Assembly (NCBI RefSeq): GCF_000002075.1
Contig: NW_004797272.1
Coordinates: forward strand, 3,658,195 to 3,722,194
From: Aplysia californica
Lineage: Eukaryota
Length of the DNA stretch: 64,000 nt
Direction of reading: 5' to 3'
Shown here: positions 13,101 through 26,000 of the stretch, in pieces
Numbering within the stretch: position 1 is the first letter of the stretch
Layout of the letters: each line of letters starts with the position of its first letter
Program-made: the position numbers and the translations under genes
The notes under the pieces: model-generated
Told to the model about the DNA's origin: nothing
What the model saw: the letters and a program-made list of their open reading frames with translations, nothing else
Database searches by the model: none

Positions 13101-16100
13101 ATGTCTGCAAGAATAAGCATTTGGTGAAAAGAGAGGAAACTACTTCTTTTGAATAATAGCGTTCTTTATTGTTTGAAGTTACCAAGCTGGTAAAAAAAGT
13201 GTTATTTTTTGTTTTTTTAACTTAATCAGTCTTTAAAGTTGTTCTTACAGGTTAGTTGCCTTTTTATCCCCACAGACTGAGGCACCAATAATGATCCGTC
13301 CATTTCTGGCTCTCATGACACGCTCTGAACTCCATGCTGTCATGGTTGGAGGGTTTGGCACCATAGCTGGTGCTGTATTGGCAGCATATATTATGAAAGG
13401 GGTAGGTGATGTAGTTTTATCATTTATGCCTTTCTCTGTCCAATTGCAAAATCAGCAGCTTAAACAGTCGAACCTGCCTTAACGGAATCTCCCTGCTCCC
13501 CCCTTGATATAATTCTCTTTAATTACCTGTGTAAACCAGAAACCTGTCCAATGTGGAAACGCAATGAAAAATCGGCTCCCTTTTGAGGGTTTCACCTTCT
13601 ATCTAAAGCGGAAAATGCTTTGCCTGCTGAGCCCTGATTTGAAACAAAACTCGCAAGTTTGTTTCCGCCGGCTCTAAACTTAACGCCATGACCATTCCTC
13701 GGGTGAGGAAAGGGAGTAGGGGTGCAATTTGGGGGTAGATGTTACCCCATCGTGTGAACCTGAGCGACGCAGATGGTCAAGGTAGTGTGGATGTGAAATC
13801 TCATGACTGCCCGTGAGAGTAGTGAGCCACTACGGAAACTTTTCTGGGTGGCCAGAAACCAGAGATGTGAAATTAGATTGACCAATGCCTGCCGCCCTGG
13901 TCGTACGGTACGGCCAGCCGAGAAAAGAGTTCATCTAATTGTTGTTACATGATGGCAGTGAGGGGTGGCATTGGTTGACTGTGCTTGTTGCACCGATGGG
14001 TGGGACTAAGGGTGGAAGCAAAGGAGATGTTCTAACGTTTCTGTTTTTAATAGGCCAAACAGTGGTTCTATGAAAGGCAAGCACTGGTGTTAACTGGATA
14101 AGTAAACATGTCATTATCAGACAGGATAGCAGTTGAGAGGTGTGAGGTTTTGACCACTACTTGCCAATCGGACAAGCGATCCTTGATCCCACCGGCTGGG
14201 CCTTTGAAACCCCCCCCCCCCCCTTCCATCTCCCCCCATATTCCCGGAATTTTTTTCTGGCTGCCTTGTGATTCAGTCGTACACAGGTTCGACTGTATTA
14301 TGAAAGGTTAGGTGATGTAGTTATGTCATTGTATGTCTTGCTCTTATCTAATTGCAAATTTAGCAGCGTATATTTTGATATCAGTTGTGTAGAAATTATT
14401 ATGTCTACTGTTGCAATACTTGCTAATTAGAAATTACTCTGGAGTTTGTGCATTTGGGACTAATATTTGATGAAGAGCAAATTTCTTCACTAAAATGATG
14501 CTTTTAGTTAATCTTCTGTGTACTTTCCCCTTTTAAGCAACAGAATTGATTGTAACAAATTTTTGGTTTAAAAAAATTTATTCACCTCTTGTCGACTGTC
14601 ATAGGTATGATGTTTCGAACTTTTTTTTTCTCTGCAGGTACCTGCAACTCATCTACTGACAGCTTGCGTCATGAATGCACCTACAGCCCTTGCCGTTTCA
14701 AAAATACTGTATCCTGAGTTAGGCCGGAGCAAAATTGCAAAAATGAGGGAGGCAATCGAGCAAAAGAAGTAGGTTTATCTTACAGCTGAAATGTGAGGCT
14801 TTGTGTGGAATTAGGCAATCATAAAACTAATGAAGTTAAGATATTGGCATTTTCCAGGCAGTTTGGCCATTTTTATGGAGGGGGGGGGGGGGGGGGGGGG
14901 TTTGGGCTCAACACATTTCTGTGTGGATTTTACTGAAAAAACATTGATCAAAGTTTCAAAACATGTAAATTTTCAGTATGGAATGACCAAACTTTGGCGG
15001 CCATTTTCTCATCAATTTTACCTCTAAAGCCGGGCGACCCGCACCTCCTTCAATCTCAAATATCTCGACTTCTTATCAAGAAAGACAGGTTTTTTTCAAA
15101 ATTGAAAAATAGATAAAGGAACAAGCTTGTAGATGATACCAATAACGCTACATGGCCTGAAACTGACAAGTGCCTGATTCCACCGAGTTGTAACATTGTA
15201 ACACAAATATAATGATTTTATGAATCTCAGAAACTGACCGGAAGTTATGTTAAAATTATACAGTGGAACTCGGATTCAACAAGGTTCCCGGGCCTGACCT
15301 AAAGTCTCGTTGAATCCGATTGTCCGTTATAGCAAACATGAGGTTTTGTGTAGATAATTACAGGCACTGAGCATGTAATGTGTAAAGAGAAGTCACAAGT
15401 AGTGCCTGAAAGGCCTGCATGTTATGAGCTGTTTATTTTTTTATTATTTTTTTTTTTTGGTTAGTGTTTTACGGGGCTCACAACTGCATAAGGTCATATG
15501 AGCACGCGGGACACACCTAATATTTTCAGTTGGTAGGAATTTTTGAATTTTGCCCGGGTGGCGGCCGAAGCCTACTTTTATCGATTTTAGACCACCAAGG
15601 GGTCTTTAACGTGCGCAACTTGCACAGGGGCCCTCCGAGATTTTTCGCCCTTGTCTGAAAAGGGTAGGTGTAGATCTTTCCTACCAGAAGATCAAGGGTG
15701 TGGCAGAAAGACAGCAGTAAGGAGGAGCCAAGGAGTAGCAGTAGAAAGGCTGCAGAAAGAGCCAGGAACCCAGAGGAGAGGGCAAAGGAGGTGAGGGCAG
15801 AAAGCAGATGACAGAGCATTGCTGGAGAGCAGGAAAGGAGGTGAAAGACAATTTTAGAGATGAAAATTTTTCGGTCGCTACCCGGATTTGAACCCGCGAC
15901 CTTTGAATGAGAGGCCAACACCTTAACCTCTAGGCCACGAGAGCCGCCTTGTTATGAGCTGTGTAAAAAAAAGACCGATTCGTTCAAATGCACACGCCTG
16001 AGTCATCTCAATTGTTTTACCAAAATGTTGTGTTGCTGTGCAGAGCCTAGCATACGGCAACTTTTGATTCCATAGACCAGCGCACAATTCATTATGTAGA

Positions 16101-19100
16101 TCTACGTTAAGACTAGCTTATCATTGTAATAGTGATCAGTTGCTGAGGGGAAAAAGAGACTGACGCGTTTGTATCTGCGACGTTCAACGCCCGGACCGCT
16201 AGTGCCTGACCCCAAAGTTTTGTTGTGATATTTCATCTGTAACCAACTGCAAAGTAAGAATTTCAAGAATATCTTTTGTGGAATCAATTTCCTCATTCCC
16301 TAGACAAATTGGGTTGGTTCTCCACAGGCATGCCATTTGTTCTGTTGGTGTCATGCTGGGATATGATGCAGAGGGCAGTGGCTTGAATTACCGAACGGTG
16401 GTCTTGAACTGATTTTAATTTGTTTGACGAATGATTTTTCCGGTCAAGTTCTTCCTCTGAAAGGTCAGTTTTTAAATGTGGCTGCTCGGTTTCATTTTTC
16501 AGTGTCTACAACAATGTGATTGAAGCGGCTGCTGCAGGCGCATCTGCTGCCATTTCTCTGGTAGCCAACGTCGCGGCTAACCTCATAGCCTTTGTGGCCC
16601 TCCTGTACTTCGTCAACAGTACTATCTCATGGCTCGGAAGCTTTGTTTGCCACGCTGAACTTAGCTTTGAGGTAAAACAAAAAGTATTTTTGCTTTGTTG
16701 AATTTAAATTAACGGATTAATTAAATGCAATTATATTGTAATAATAATTATAAACAGAGGCAGTCTGTGGTAATGTCTACATCATTTCAATCAAGTTTGT
16801 TAAGTTAAGATAGTGAGTGATTTTCAAGTGCTCTGGTGTAGTTTGCCCCTTCTTTCCGATCAGACATCTGTCATCCTTATCGCCTCTCCTTTTTTGTGTT
16901 TGTTACTCTCTTGTAACACTTTTTCTCCTTTTCCAAGACAAGAAGCTAAGAAAGTTGGGGGTTTCAGATATGTTTCTGTTTTAAGGTTGCAGACAGGTTG
17001 GTGTATTTGATCATGAAATTGTGTGTGTAATCAGAAATTTCAGTCTCCTTACTTATTGTTAATGGAAACGTTTGATAATTCGCAGGTGATCTGTTCCTAT
17101 GTGCTGATGCCCTTGGCTTACATCATGGGTGTGGAGTGGGAAGATGCTGGAACTGTTGCCGAGTTGCTTGGAATCAAGACTTTCCTCAATGAGTTTCTTG
17201 CATATGACAAACTGTCAAGTTTTATTGACAATCGGGTTTTATGTCGTGGCGGAACAGTAATTTCTGTAAGTGTAGTCAGAGTATGTTGTTATTACACTTG
17301 TCTCTTTTATGAAAATTCCGTGTGACATCTTGTGTTTTCCCTGTTACGTCTATACAGTGGGCACCACTATAGCAACTGGACATGCTTATTATGGGGACAG
17401 TTGGTCTTGGTAGTCCTGTTTATAGCCAGGGTGCCCAGCAAGGTCGTAAAGTCGTAAAAAAGTCGTAAATTCGACGCCCTGGTGTAAAGATTGTAAATGG
17501 TAGTAAATTTGCCCTGAAAGTAATAAACATTTTATAAACGGTCGTAAATTTGCCTGCCTACTGAGTGATGAAGCCAGCAAGACTTTTCAGTGAACCCTAG
17601 CTGTGGTACATGACTCAGTTTTTGCCGGTCGCGATTGTGATATAATATTCGTTCAGCTTTTCCCAGTCCAAGAGTACGTTTCATGCGAAAAGACGGTTAT
17701 GGCGGCAGGCAGAAGTGTACGTGACACCTAGGCTTGATCGGGAAAATCAAGATCTACTTTCGCTTTCATTACCACCCAGAAATTTGACGCCGATAGGCTG
17801 ATATCGCAAAATTTGTGACATTCAGGTTGTACAGTATAAACGTTGTGTCGCCGTGCAAATAAAATTTAATAATTACTCGGAAAGGTCACCATGCTGTCAC
17901 GTGTGTGTGTGGCTGGAAAAAAACCCAAAACGAGCATCCGATTTTTAGATTGTCTGGCTCGCCATCATGACCGGTCAGTGAACCTTTGCGTGAGGCACCA
18001 CGAGATATGGCATCGGTGAGCACCGGTGTTTGTTGGGGTCGCCAAAGTCATTAAAAAGTCTGAGCGTTGCGAAGTATAGGACTACGGAATGGGGCAGGGA
18101 TTATTGATTTTTTAAAGAGGTACACTGGGGGGAGCGGGGAAGGGCTGAAAGCAACACTAGAGAACAAAAACTTGTAAGCAAATTTCAGAATTTTGATTAG
18201 ATTTAGAGCCTTCTGCAAATCGTGCGTTGGTGCAGGCCTTGTGTGGAATCGGAATCCTTCATACCTTGTAAGCCGTGTCATTGAAGTAAAGTGTTTGCGT
18301 TTCATTGGTTGGGTGATGGTAAATTAGAACAATATTGTAGCTTTCTGTTCAAGACTGGCAGATTTTCAGTGTCACTGCCTCTTGCCCTCCCACAGTTCTT
18401 ACACCTCTCGCACTGAATAGGTCTACTTGAGCCGTTCAAGTTATTGCTCTACTTTTAGTTTGAGCAATAATTTTTGTCTTTCACGTTGATAATATGAGTC
18501 ATGACACCCAGACTGGTTCTTGACAGTAGAAATTCTTGTTCAAGGCCCCTCCGAACGCTCAAAGTAGGATTCATTTTTTAAATACATAATAATGAGAGGA
18601 AAATATTATAATAGACTGAAATACTTAAGGCAAACAAGACCCCAGTGCGACACCTGACATGTTGTTGACTGGATATATTTTACGTGTGTGTGTGTGTTAT
18701 GTAACATGGCCCTGGAAAATGGATGACCCCCTGGAAAATTGAGAAGCCGGTTTGACAGTCACCCCTGTGTGTACACATTAGGTCTAAATCTATCCCCCTG
18801 TCACCACCACCAGGGCAGTGCTACTGAATGAGGCATCTTTAGGCCATTCCCAAAGGGAGGATATTAGCATGTTCTTATGCACAGTAGAATTGTAAATATA
18901 AGCTGATTTATATGTCATGCTCATACTGTGCTGGACCAACGTAGGGGGAACTGCTGCTTTTTCTGTCCTCTTCTTTACTATTGTCATTTTCCTCTACTTC
19001 TTTTGTATGTTTGTCACTCTTGTGAACTACTATTTCCTGGGTGCCTTGATAGTCGAAGCTTTATTCCCCGTTTGGACTTCCCTATTGCATCCACCCCTTG

Positions 19101-20986
19101 TCGCTCATATGACCTATGCAGTTGCGAGCGCCGTAAAAACCTTACTAAACCTACATCTAGCAGCGACCAAGCTTGCGATCGTCTGTCTATCCTCCATTTT
19201 GTCGACTGGACTTTGTTAGTTTGTTATTTTCGTTCCATATATTATGTAATAATAATATATGTTATTGTTGGCGCAAATGAACTCCCTTTTTCGAGATGGT
19301 GCGGGACTTGATTTGCTGGGTAGTAAATTCTTTTCTGGAAATATTGCTGGACTCCCTGTATAGCCAAAGCCTGCTGTATACAGAATTCACAAAAACTAAG
19401 TCAATACCACGATTTTTTAAGCCTTAGTTAAAAAGTGAAATACAATGTTGTGGAATACGGTATTGTAATTCCCTCTTCCAACTGCTCATATCAGTTTATG
19501 ACTTCAAAATGGTTGAACTGGTTAAGGTTTTTGTTGTTGTAAAGTTCTGATTTTACAGTGTGCATGCAAGTTATTTAGACATACAATTTTTTGGCTCAGC
19601 ACTCAGCATCAAATATTGTGTTTAATTTATACATATTTGCACTGGTGTTTTGGGTTGTTTAAATTCTGTAGTAGCAGGAGAAAGTCAGGTACTGGCAACA
19701 AATGTAACTAAACAGACAAAAGTGGACAAGAAAATGATTGAGGGGAAAATAAAAATGTAAGTGTATTGAGTAGGGTATGGATGCAAGAAGTCACTTTTTT
19801 TTTTTGGCTTTATTTATTAAACCCTGGTATATTTATTTATTTCACAACAGGTACGCTCAGAAATTATAGCCACCTATGCTCTGTGTGGGTTTGCTAATTT
19901 AAGCTCCATCGGTATCCAACTTGGAGGTCTGGGCCCTATGGCTCCTAATCGGCTGGGAGACCTAGCTCAGCTGGCAGTAACTGCTCTGCTTGGTGGCATT
20001 GTCACAAACCTCCTGACTGCATGTGTGGCTGGTGAGTGCACTAATAGAAATATGGGAGGTTCCTGATTTGACTTGGTTAGTTCTGATACATGGTTATGCT
20101 TATTAAATGTAATTTCAAATCATATTCTATGTCGAAAGGACTTGAACTTTGGATTAGCCCACATGAATCATCATAAATGTTTAACAACTGAGAAGAAACT
20201 CGACTTATAATACATTTTTATGCTGGATAAGAAAACACTAGAAACCTGCTGTTAACATTTTCTTTTGTTCAAGGAGTGCAGTATTTACTAATGTCGTTAT
20301 TGATACTTTGGAAAGTGAGCAGCCTTTTAGAACAGAGAACTTATTATTTTAGCATTTATTATCCCCATATTGACAGTAAAAAGGTTTCTCTGAGCAGAGA
20401 ACTTTTTATTTAAGTATTCATTATCCCCATATTAACCATGAAAAGGTTTCTCTGAATTGCTTTGTAACTTTTGAGGACAGTCATTTGAGGCTTGAGAAAA
20501 TAAATTTTCCACAAATGCTTATTTGGTGGCATTCTTGAAGAACAAACAAGTTTTTTCAATGATTTATAGTTAAACATTTGATTCATATACCACTTTAGTG
20601 GCTAAAATAGGATTGATGGATTTGGCAGCAGTTTTGTTATTGTTTTTGTAAGAATATTGTAAGTGTAGGTATTTGATTTGTTGTAGGCCTACATTAACCA
20701 GTCTTCAGTGCCAGAAACTTGTTTTGTCACCACTGTAAAGTCCATCTGATGGTGGCTTGTCTGGAATTTTTGAAAAGCATGTATCTTTTGATATGAATAT
20801 TGTATTTATGTAAGTGTGGGAATATTAACATATTATTTCTTTCTCACCACCCCAGGTCTGTTGGTCATTGAGACCCCCTTTGATATGGCAACCTGTCTGA
20901 ATACTACTGTTGAAGCTGTGATGAATGGGACTGTCTCTGCAGTGGTCAATGGGACTGTTGCTGCAATGAATGGAACAGCCATCTAG
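7162..20986 (+). CDS. SLC28A3: Solute carrier family 28 (Na+/nucleoside concentrative transporter, CNT3-like), copy 1, complete 12-exon CDS, ~641 aa
   Basis: GT-AG exons with consistent phases: 7162-7336, 8050-8150, 9002-9240, 10111-10252, 11412-11600, 12159-12320, 13276-13401, 14638-14768, 16503-16671, 17086-17265, 19851-20031, 20856-20986 (sum 1926 nt, ends TAG). CNT motifs: [67 protein letters not shown]. The symbol denotes family likeness, not proven orthology. Confidence 0.93.
8265..8408. mobile_element. Small TIR element flanked by TTAA-like sites (piggyBac-like MITE)
   Basis: ttaa-cactttgcccccacag ... ctgtgtgggtggaaagtg-tttaa; not seen in the matching intron of copy 2. Confidence 0.45.
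8767..8968 (+). mobile_element. Head-less short retroposon (family C)
   Basis: TSD attgataatg/attgaaaatg (8757-8766, 8969-8978), A-rich tail, empty site in copy 2 near 50652-50665. Ends in atgacc...gttgc...gtaaaac. Confidence 0.7.
13465..14295. mobile_element. Tc1/mariner-pogo type non-autonomous element
   Basis: TIRs cagtcgaacctg / caggttcgactg at a TA target; copy 2 shows the empty site (gcagcttatattatg, 58496-58510). Confidence 0.7.
15433..15949 (-). mobile_element. tRNA-derived SINE, family A, full length
   Basis: Minus strand has an A box (gtggcctagaggtt) and B box (ggttcaaatcc), pyrimidine-rich body, gcacgttaaagacccc core, tail catatgaccttatgcagttg...ccgtaaaac plus poly(A); 13-bp TSD tgttatgagctgt (15420-15432, 15950-15962). 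Confidence 0.85.
17427..19358. mobile_element. Non-autonomous DNA transposon with CAGGG termini and 6-bp TSD (hAT-like)
   Basis: TIR cagggtgcccagcaa / ttgctggactccctg; TSD tatagc at 17421-17426 and 19359-19364; empty site in copy 2 near 62985-63000. Confidence 0.75.
18790..19155 (+). mobile_element. 5'-truncated SINE family B nested in the DNA transposon
   Basis: Colinear with 28500-28925 and ends in the shared tail cgctcatatgacctatgcagttgcgagcgccgtaaaaac. Confidence 0.7.
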
Positions 20987-23193
20987 GTCAGAGCAGTTCT
21001 GGAGATCCAAAACATAAAGAGAAGACTGCTGACTTGAGAAAGCCTTTGGTATAATACGAATGCCTAAGCTTGATATGAATACTGAGAGGTGCGAAGTAAC
21101 TCAGGATGTTGGAATTCATGTGCTGGTAATATTGCAGAATCTCTAAAAACGTTTCAGTTTAAGACTGATTCTTTAAAATCATATTTAATATGCATGGAGT
21201 TGGTTAGCTTGTGAATGAAATGAACAGATTTTTTTTCATTGCAGCTATGTCATTCAGTTACCCTTGCACCTTGACATGAAGAATGTGCATTCATGGATTC
21301 ATATGAACAACTCGGGAATCTTTTAGTCCCATCTTAAAATCTTCCTGCCTTGAGAAGGCCACAAAGTGGAGCCATCCTGACTGTTCTTGAGCATTGCTCT
21401 TTCCCCTTCACTTCACAATGTAGTCAGTTGTTTAGTTGCTGCAGGTGACAAATTCATTTCGCTGTGTGGGAGTTCAAGGTACAGTTCCAGGCCTGTCAAC
21501 TGTCCTGGATTCAGCAATTGGGAAGTTGAGAGCCTTGTCATATATACACTGTGCTAAAAAACAGACCCTGATGATATTTTGTTGGTTTTACGTAATCGGG
21601 TGTTATAACATTGGGTGTCTCTGACTGGGTTTTGACATTGTTGGCATGCCTGTTGCTCTGAGTGGAGTCTTAATTTTGTTCTTGTCCTTCTTAAGATTTG
21701 GAATATTTCCCCAATGCCTTACAGTGCTCTGCATTCAAAATGACTACGATAGTTGTATCGTGTAAACTTACTTACGCTACCAACTCATTTCATTGCGGTG
21801 CAAAATTTCATAAGAAATATTATTTTTTCAACATATTTTCTAGCAAAATACAATACAACAGTAACTTTATTCTTCACTTTTCATATGTCATGTATAGAGT
21901 CTTGAGAAATGGAAACTCGTTTTGAGGAAGTGTGGAATAATCAATCAAATTTTCTTACCCGACGTTTTTATTTATTTTATGCTTGCCTTGTCTACATTTT
22001 TGTTGTTGTTGTTTTCTTTATGTACTGCCAACATGTCCTTAGGTGCTGTCAAGTAAGATCCAAATATTTTACAAAATTATGAATGTAAGAAATGTACTAT
22101 ACCTGTGAGTTTTAGGGACATTGTTGATCATAATAATATAAGGAAAGATGATCTTTTTTGGTTCCACTGTTTTCTGCTAGTCAGATTTTTAAGGCACCAT
22201 TTTGTGTTCATTTTGCGTTCTGTATGTCAGATTACTGTTATTTTTATTTATTTTAAAAAATCTGTTATGACTTTCCTAAAATTAAAATATAAATGAAAGA
22301 CTCAAAACTGCAGCTAACTTGCAGCATGGAGAAAAAATATTCCCTACAAATTGACACATTTTAATGAATCTTGTCTTCGTATTTTGCTTTCATGTTGCCT
22401 TTGCTCCAAATTTATGTTTTCTGTCCTATCATACATCTATTGTCTCTATCTCTCCTTTTATTTGTATTTTACTCTCTAGTAACACCTTTAATTTTTGGCA
22501 CTTGTATAAACTAATCATGTTGCAAATGCTGTAAAACTGTTACATGTACTAAAATTTGAAAACATTTTTTGTTTTATAAGTTTTTAGGAATTACATGCAT
22601 TGTGTTTTTTCGGTACCGTAACATGTTTCTATTTTGTGGGGTAGCTAAATTTATTGTGTTCATAAGAATTAGTAATATAAACCCTATTTCAGAGGCAAAG
22701 CTTTGCTTTAAGTTAGGTGACAATTTACACATATCACAAAATATCAGGCATTTTTTAATTACATTTGTCGAAGTGCAGATTTCCAGTTTTTTTTTCCCCT
22801 GGTGGTTCTGATATTTTCAATGCTAAAATGATGTTAAAGGTTCAAAGAGTTAGCGAAGGCTTTTGAACGTATGTTGGGTAGAGACCCATTATTTATTAAG
22901 AGAATTGTAAATAATAGACATGTTGCTATTTATTTGTCACTGTGGTGTTGAATGCTGTTATACTCTTGTTGAAATAATGTAGTTGCAGTGCTATTTGAAA
23001 TATTTTACTTCATTTGCTTGATGTGCAGTACCAAAATGACAGTTTTGACATATCAAGTTCCATTTTTTATACTTTTGCTTTATTTATTAGATGACTTTCC
23101 ATTTTCTGCTTTTTAAGTTAAAGGAGTTCAGAACTATACTCGTCAAACGTTATTTATTACAAATCATAATGATGGACAAATGGTCTCGTAGTA

Positions 23194-23384
23194 CAGCCGG
23201 GCACGGATAACTTGGGACACGTCAGGGATTGACAATAAATGTGTTTTGACTCATCCATAATTCTACTTTACCGATAACGGAAAATTAAAGAGATTTTTAT
23301 TTTTTTATCAGTCGATTAATGGCAAATTGTATGAGCTATCCATGATTTAGAGTTGTCAGTGTTCGTGCTATCTGTGCCCGACTG
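23194..23384. mobile_element. MITE (Tc1/mariner-pogo type, TA target)
   Basis: ta-cagccgggcacggata ... tatctgtgcccgactg-ta. Confidence 0.65.
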
Positions 23385-23936
23385 TATATAAAAGTGTTGT
23401 AGTCAGCATGCTAAACTATTAGCAAATACAGTTTACCGGTGTTCCAGACATAGATAAATATCAGAATATGAGACTTGGAATGATTAGGGTTTGTGTGATT
23501 GCAATGTGTTCATAGATTTGAGCTTATGTCCTCTCTTCCCCCCCCCCCGTTTTTGTTGGGTTTTTTTTTTTTTGCTTTGGTATTCAGCATTCAAATGGAA
23601 TCTGGCTCTGCCTCATTGATAAAAGTTGTTTCATCTTTTCCAAGAAGCACTATTGTTGGTCTCGAAAAAATATGTTATTTTATCTGATGTGTGGGAGAGG
23701 GTTTTGGTTAAAAAAATGTTTTTTTAAAAATCAAAATGGATTAGCTTTTAAAAGTTTTGTGGTTCTCCATTTTTTTGTTTGCCACTGATAGAAGTTTTGA
23801 TCCTGCAACATGTACTTGCAAAAGTCCCATTCCAACTCGTTTTTTCTGAGTTCAGTGTCAACAAATCTATTGAATTGCTCATATTCCTCATGGCTGCATC
23901 ATTTTCAAGCTGCCGTCCCCGCAAAAATTTTTTTAA

Positions 23937-24175
23937 TCCTATCCGTACTTCGCATTTTACTATCGTATCCATACGATGGGAGGAACTCTGTGCCGCCACT
24001 TTCCAAAGAGGAAATTTACTCGTTAATCCGATCCATGCGCTTTGCATAGCTCTCTGTCAAAATGATTTTCTGAGAAACACAAAGTTTCAAAGAGATCTTT
24101 GCCCTAGAAGTATTCCAAAATGTGAAGAATACAACCCTGGGGGTACAAAATGACCCCAGGGCGTACGGATAGGGA
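23937..24175. mobile_element. MITE with cctatccgtac TIRs (piggyBac-like)
   Basis: ttaa-tcctatccgtac ... gtacggataggg; absent from the inverted duplicate near 45320. Confidence 0.55.
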
Positions 24176-25646
24176 ATGTGGAAAAGTCCAGACAGACTAC
24201 ATTTTTTCTGTAGTCGAATGTCTTTTCAGTAAACTGAAATTGAATTTGTAATACATGGTCTGTATTGAGAATCATCAGTATCCTGCCCAACTTTTACATA
24301 TGTTCATCTGTCGTACATTTCAGTAAGTTTCCTCGCTAGTCATCACACTGAAACTTACTGGCTATTACAATTATTGCATCTCAAGTATTAAGTCAATGGT
24401 GGGTGTAAGAAACACCTGTATTTAAATAACAAAATTATGTATTAAGTCAGTGAGCGTCCCGCTGGTATTTTTAGTTATGATGAAACATGTAAGGTATTGC
24501 TTTGTGTTGGGATAAATGTTATATTAATTCTTGGGAGTACCGGTAATTTCAGTATTTCCATCTGATATTACTTTTCCCAGTGTGTAATTTTTTTGTATGA
24601 AAACTTCCACAAATACTTTTGTTTCAGTAACCTATACATCTGTGTAATCCATTCAGTGGTGGTATTTTTTTCATTGAAACTGAACCAGTATTTTTCTTTT
24701 CTGAAAAATGACTGCGGGTGCTCTGCTGTGGTTTGTTCCTTCTTTCCTTCAAAATATCTGTTGTCCATATTTCTCCTCCCTCTTTTTTTTTGTCACATCT
24801 ATTCTTCAGAACTTGTATATATGTGACTTGATTGCATTGCAAGTGCTGTAAAACACCTACTAGAACTAAAAAAATGACCCAAGTCTGCTCTTTTCCTTTT
24901 TTTTCTTTCTTTTTTCGTGCAAAGCACAGTATTTTGGCCCCCTTTAACACATTTTCAGTTCCTGGAGACTGAACACAGCATCCCTCCTCACCCTGAAATT
25001 GTCTGTTCTATTTCTGTACATACTTGTTGCCGAAACTGACACTGAATCTCACAGGCATTTTTTTTACTGTACTCCGAAGTCCATATTTTGTCTCCACATT
25101 GTCAAGTTATTTTACTCAATTAGAATGTGCATTCATCATTTCTCACTTGTGTTTTGGTGCATTGTCAAGGGATATTTGCATGCAGATCAGATTTATCAGT
25201 ATTTGACCCTTTTATGAGGGTACAGGCTTGAAGAGTTAGTAAAACTAATCTTTGTGTTGCTTTATTTCTTTGAAGTTTTCAGTTTCATTACATTTGTCCT
25301 GATTTCAAAACCTCTGAATCTCAGTACCGGTAATCACATTCGTTTTTAGCATTCCAATTTTTTGGGGGGTGCACCGGCTCTCTTCCCTACCTTGCACTGG
25401 TCTTTGTTCTCTTAATTTATTTGATCTTTGTGGGATACACGCTGGTGTAAGTGGGTGGTTGGAGGGTGCCACTGGTAGGTCCTACTTCTGTACTTTTCCC
25501 TCTGTTGTTTCTGTCTGTCTGTTTTACTTTTTTCCCCAGGGCTAAATGACCATTCTTGTGTCGCTGTGCTTCTTTTTACTCAAACAAAGGCTGCTGTATG
25601 TGTGAATTGTCAACACATTATCAGCTTTTTCAACACAACTCTCCTA

Positions 25647-26000
25647 GTGGCGTCGGTGGCCTAGTGGTTTGGCTCTCGGACTCGCAACCGTAAGGTCGTG
25701 GGTTCGAATCCCGTCAAGGGCCCGACGTTGTGTCCTTGGGAAAGGCACTTTACACGAATTTTCCTCACTTCACCCAGGTGGGAATGGGTACCCGGCTATA
25801 GACAGCGAAAGATCTTGTCAGTTTGTTAGTGTTTGAGCGCTTAATCGGCTGCTCGCACTGTATGCTTCCCGGGAAGCTGAGAATGTTTCGGAGTGTTCTA
25901 TGGTCTGCTGGGGTAATAATATAGTGTAAAGCGCATAGAGCCTGCTGTTGAGCGGGGATATGCGCTATACAAATGCTATCTATTATCTATTATTATTATT
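25647..26000 (+). mobile_element. tRNA-derived SINE with cacccagg..aatgggtacc central domain (Deu/Nin-like) and L2-like tail
   Basis: A box ggtggcctagtggt, B box ggttcgaatccc, gtgtccttgggaaaggcac, cacccaggtgggaatgggtacc, tail gtaaagcgc...gcgctatacaaat followed by (tat)n. Domain names are from memory. Confidence 0.8.

Noticed and set aside
20687-20749. Alternative terminal exon ag|GCCTACATT...TGA ([20 protein letters not shown])
   Set aside because: It is phase 0 while exon 11 ends in phase 1 (giving GLH*); the 20856 exon gives the expected AGLL continuation.
25647-25722. tRNA gene calls at SINE heads (also about 15875-15949 and 34270-34345)
   Set aside because: Cloverleaves are imperfect and each continues into a SINE body and tail, some with TSDs.
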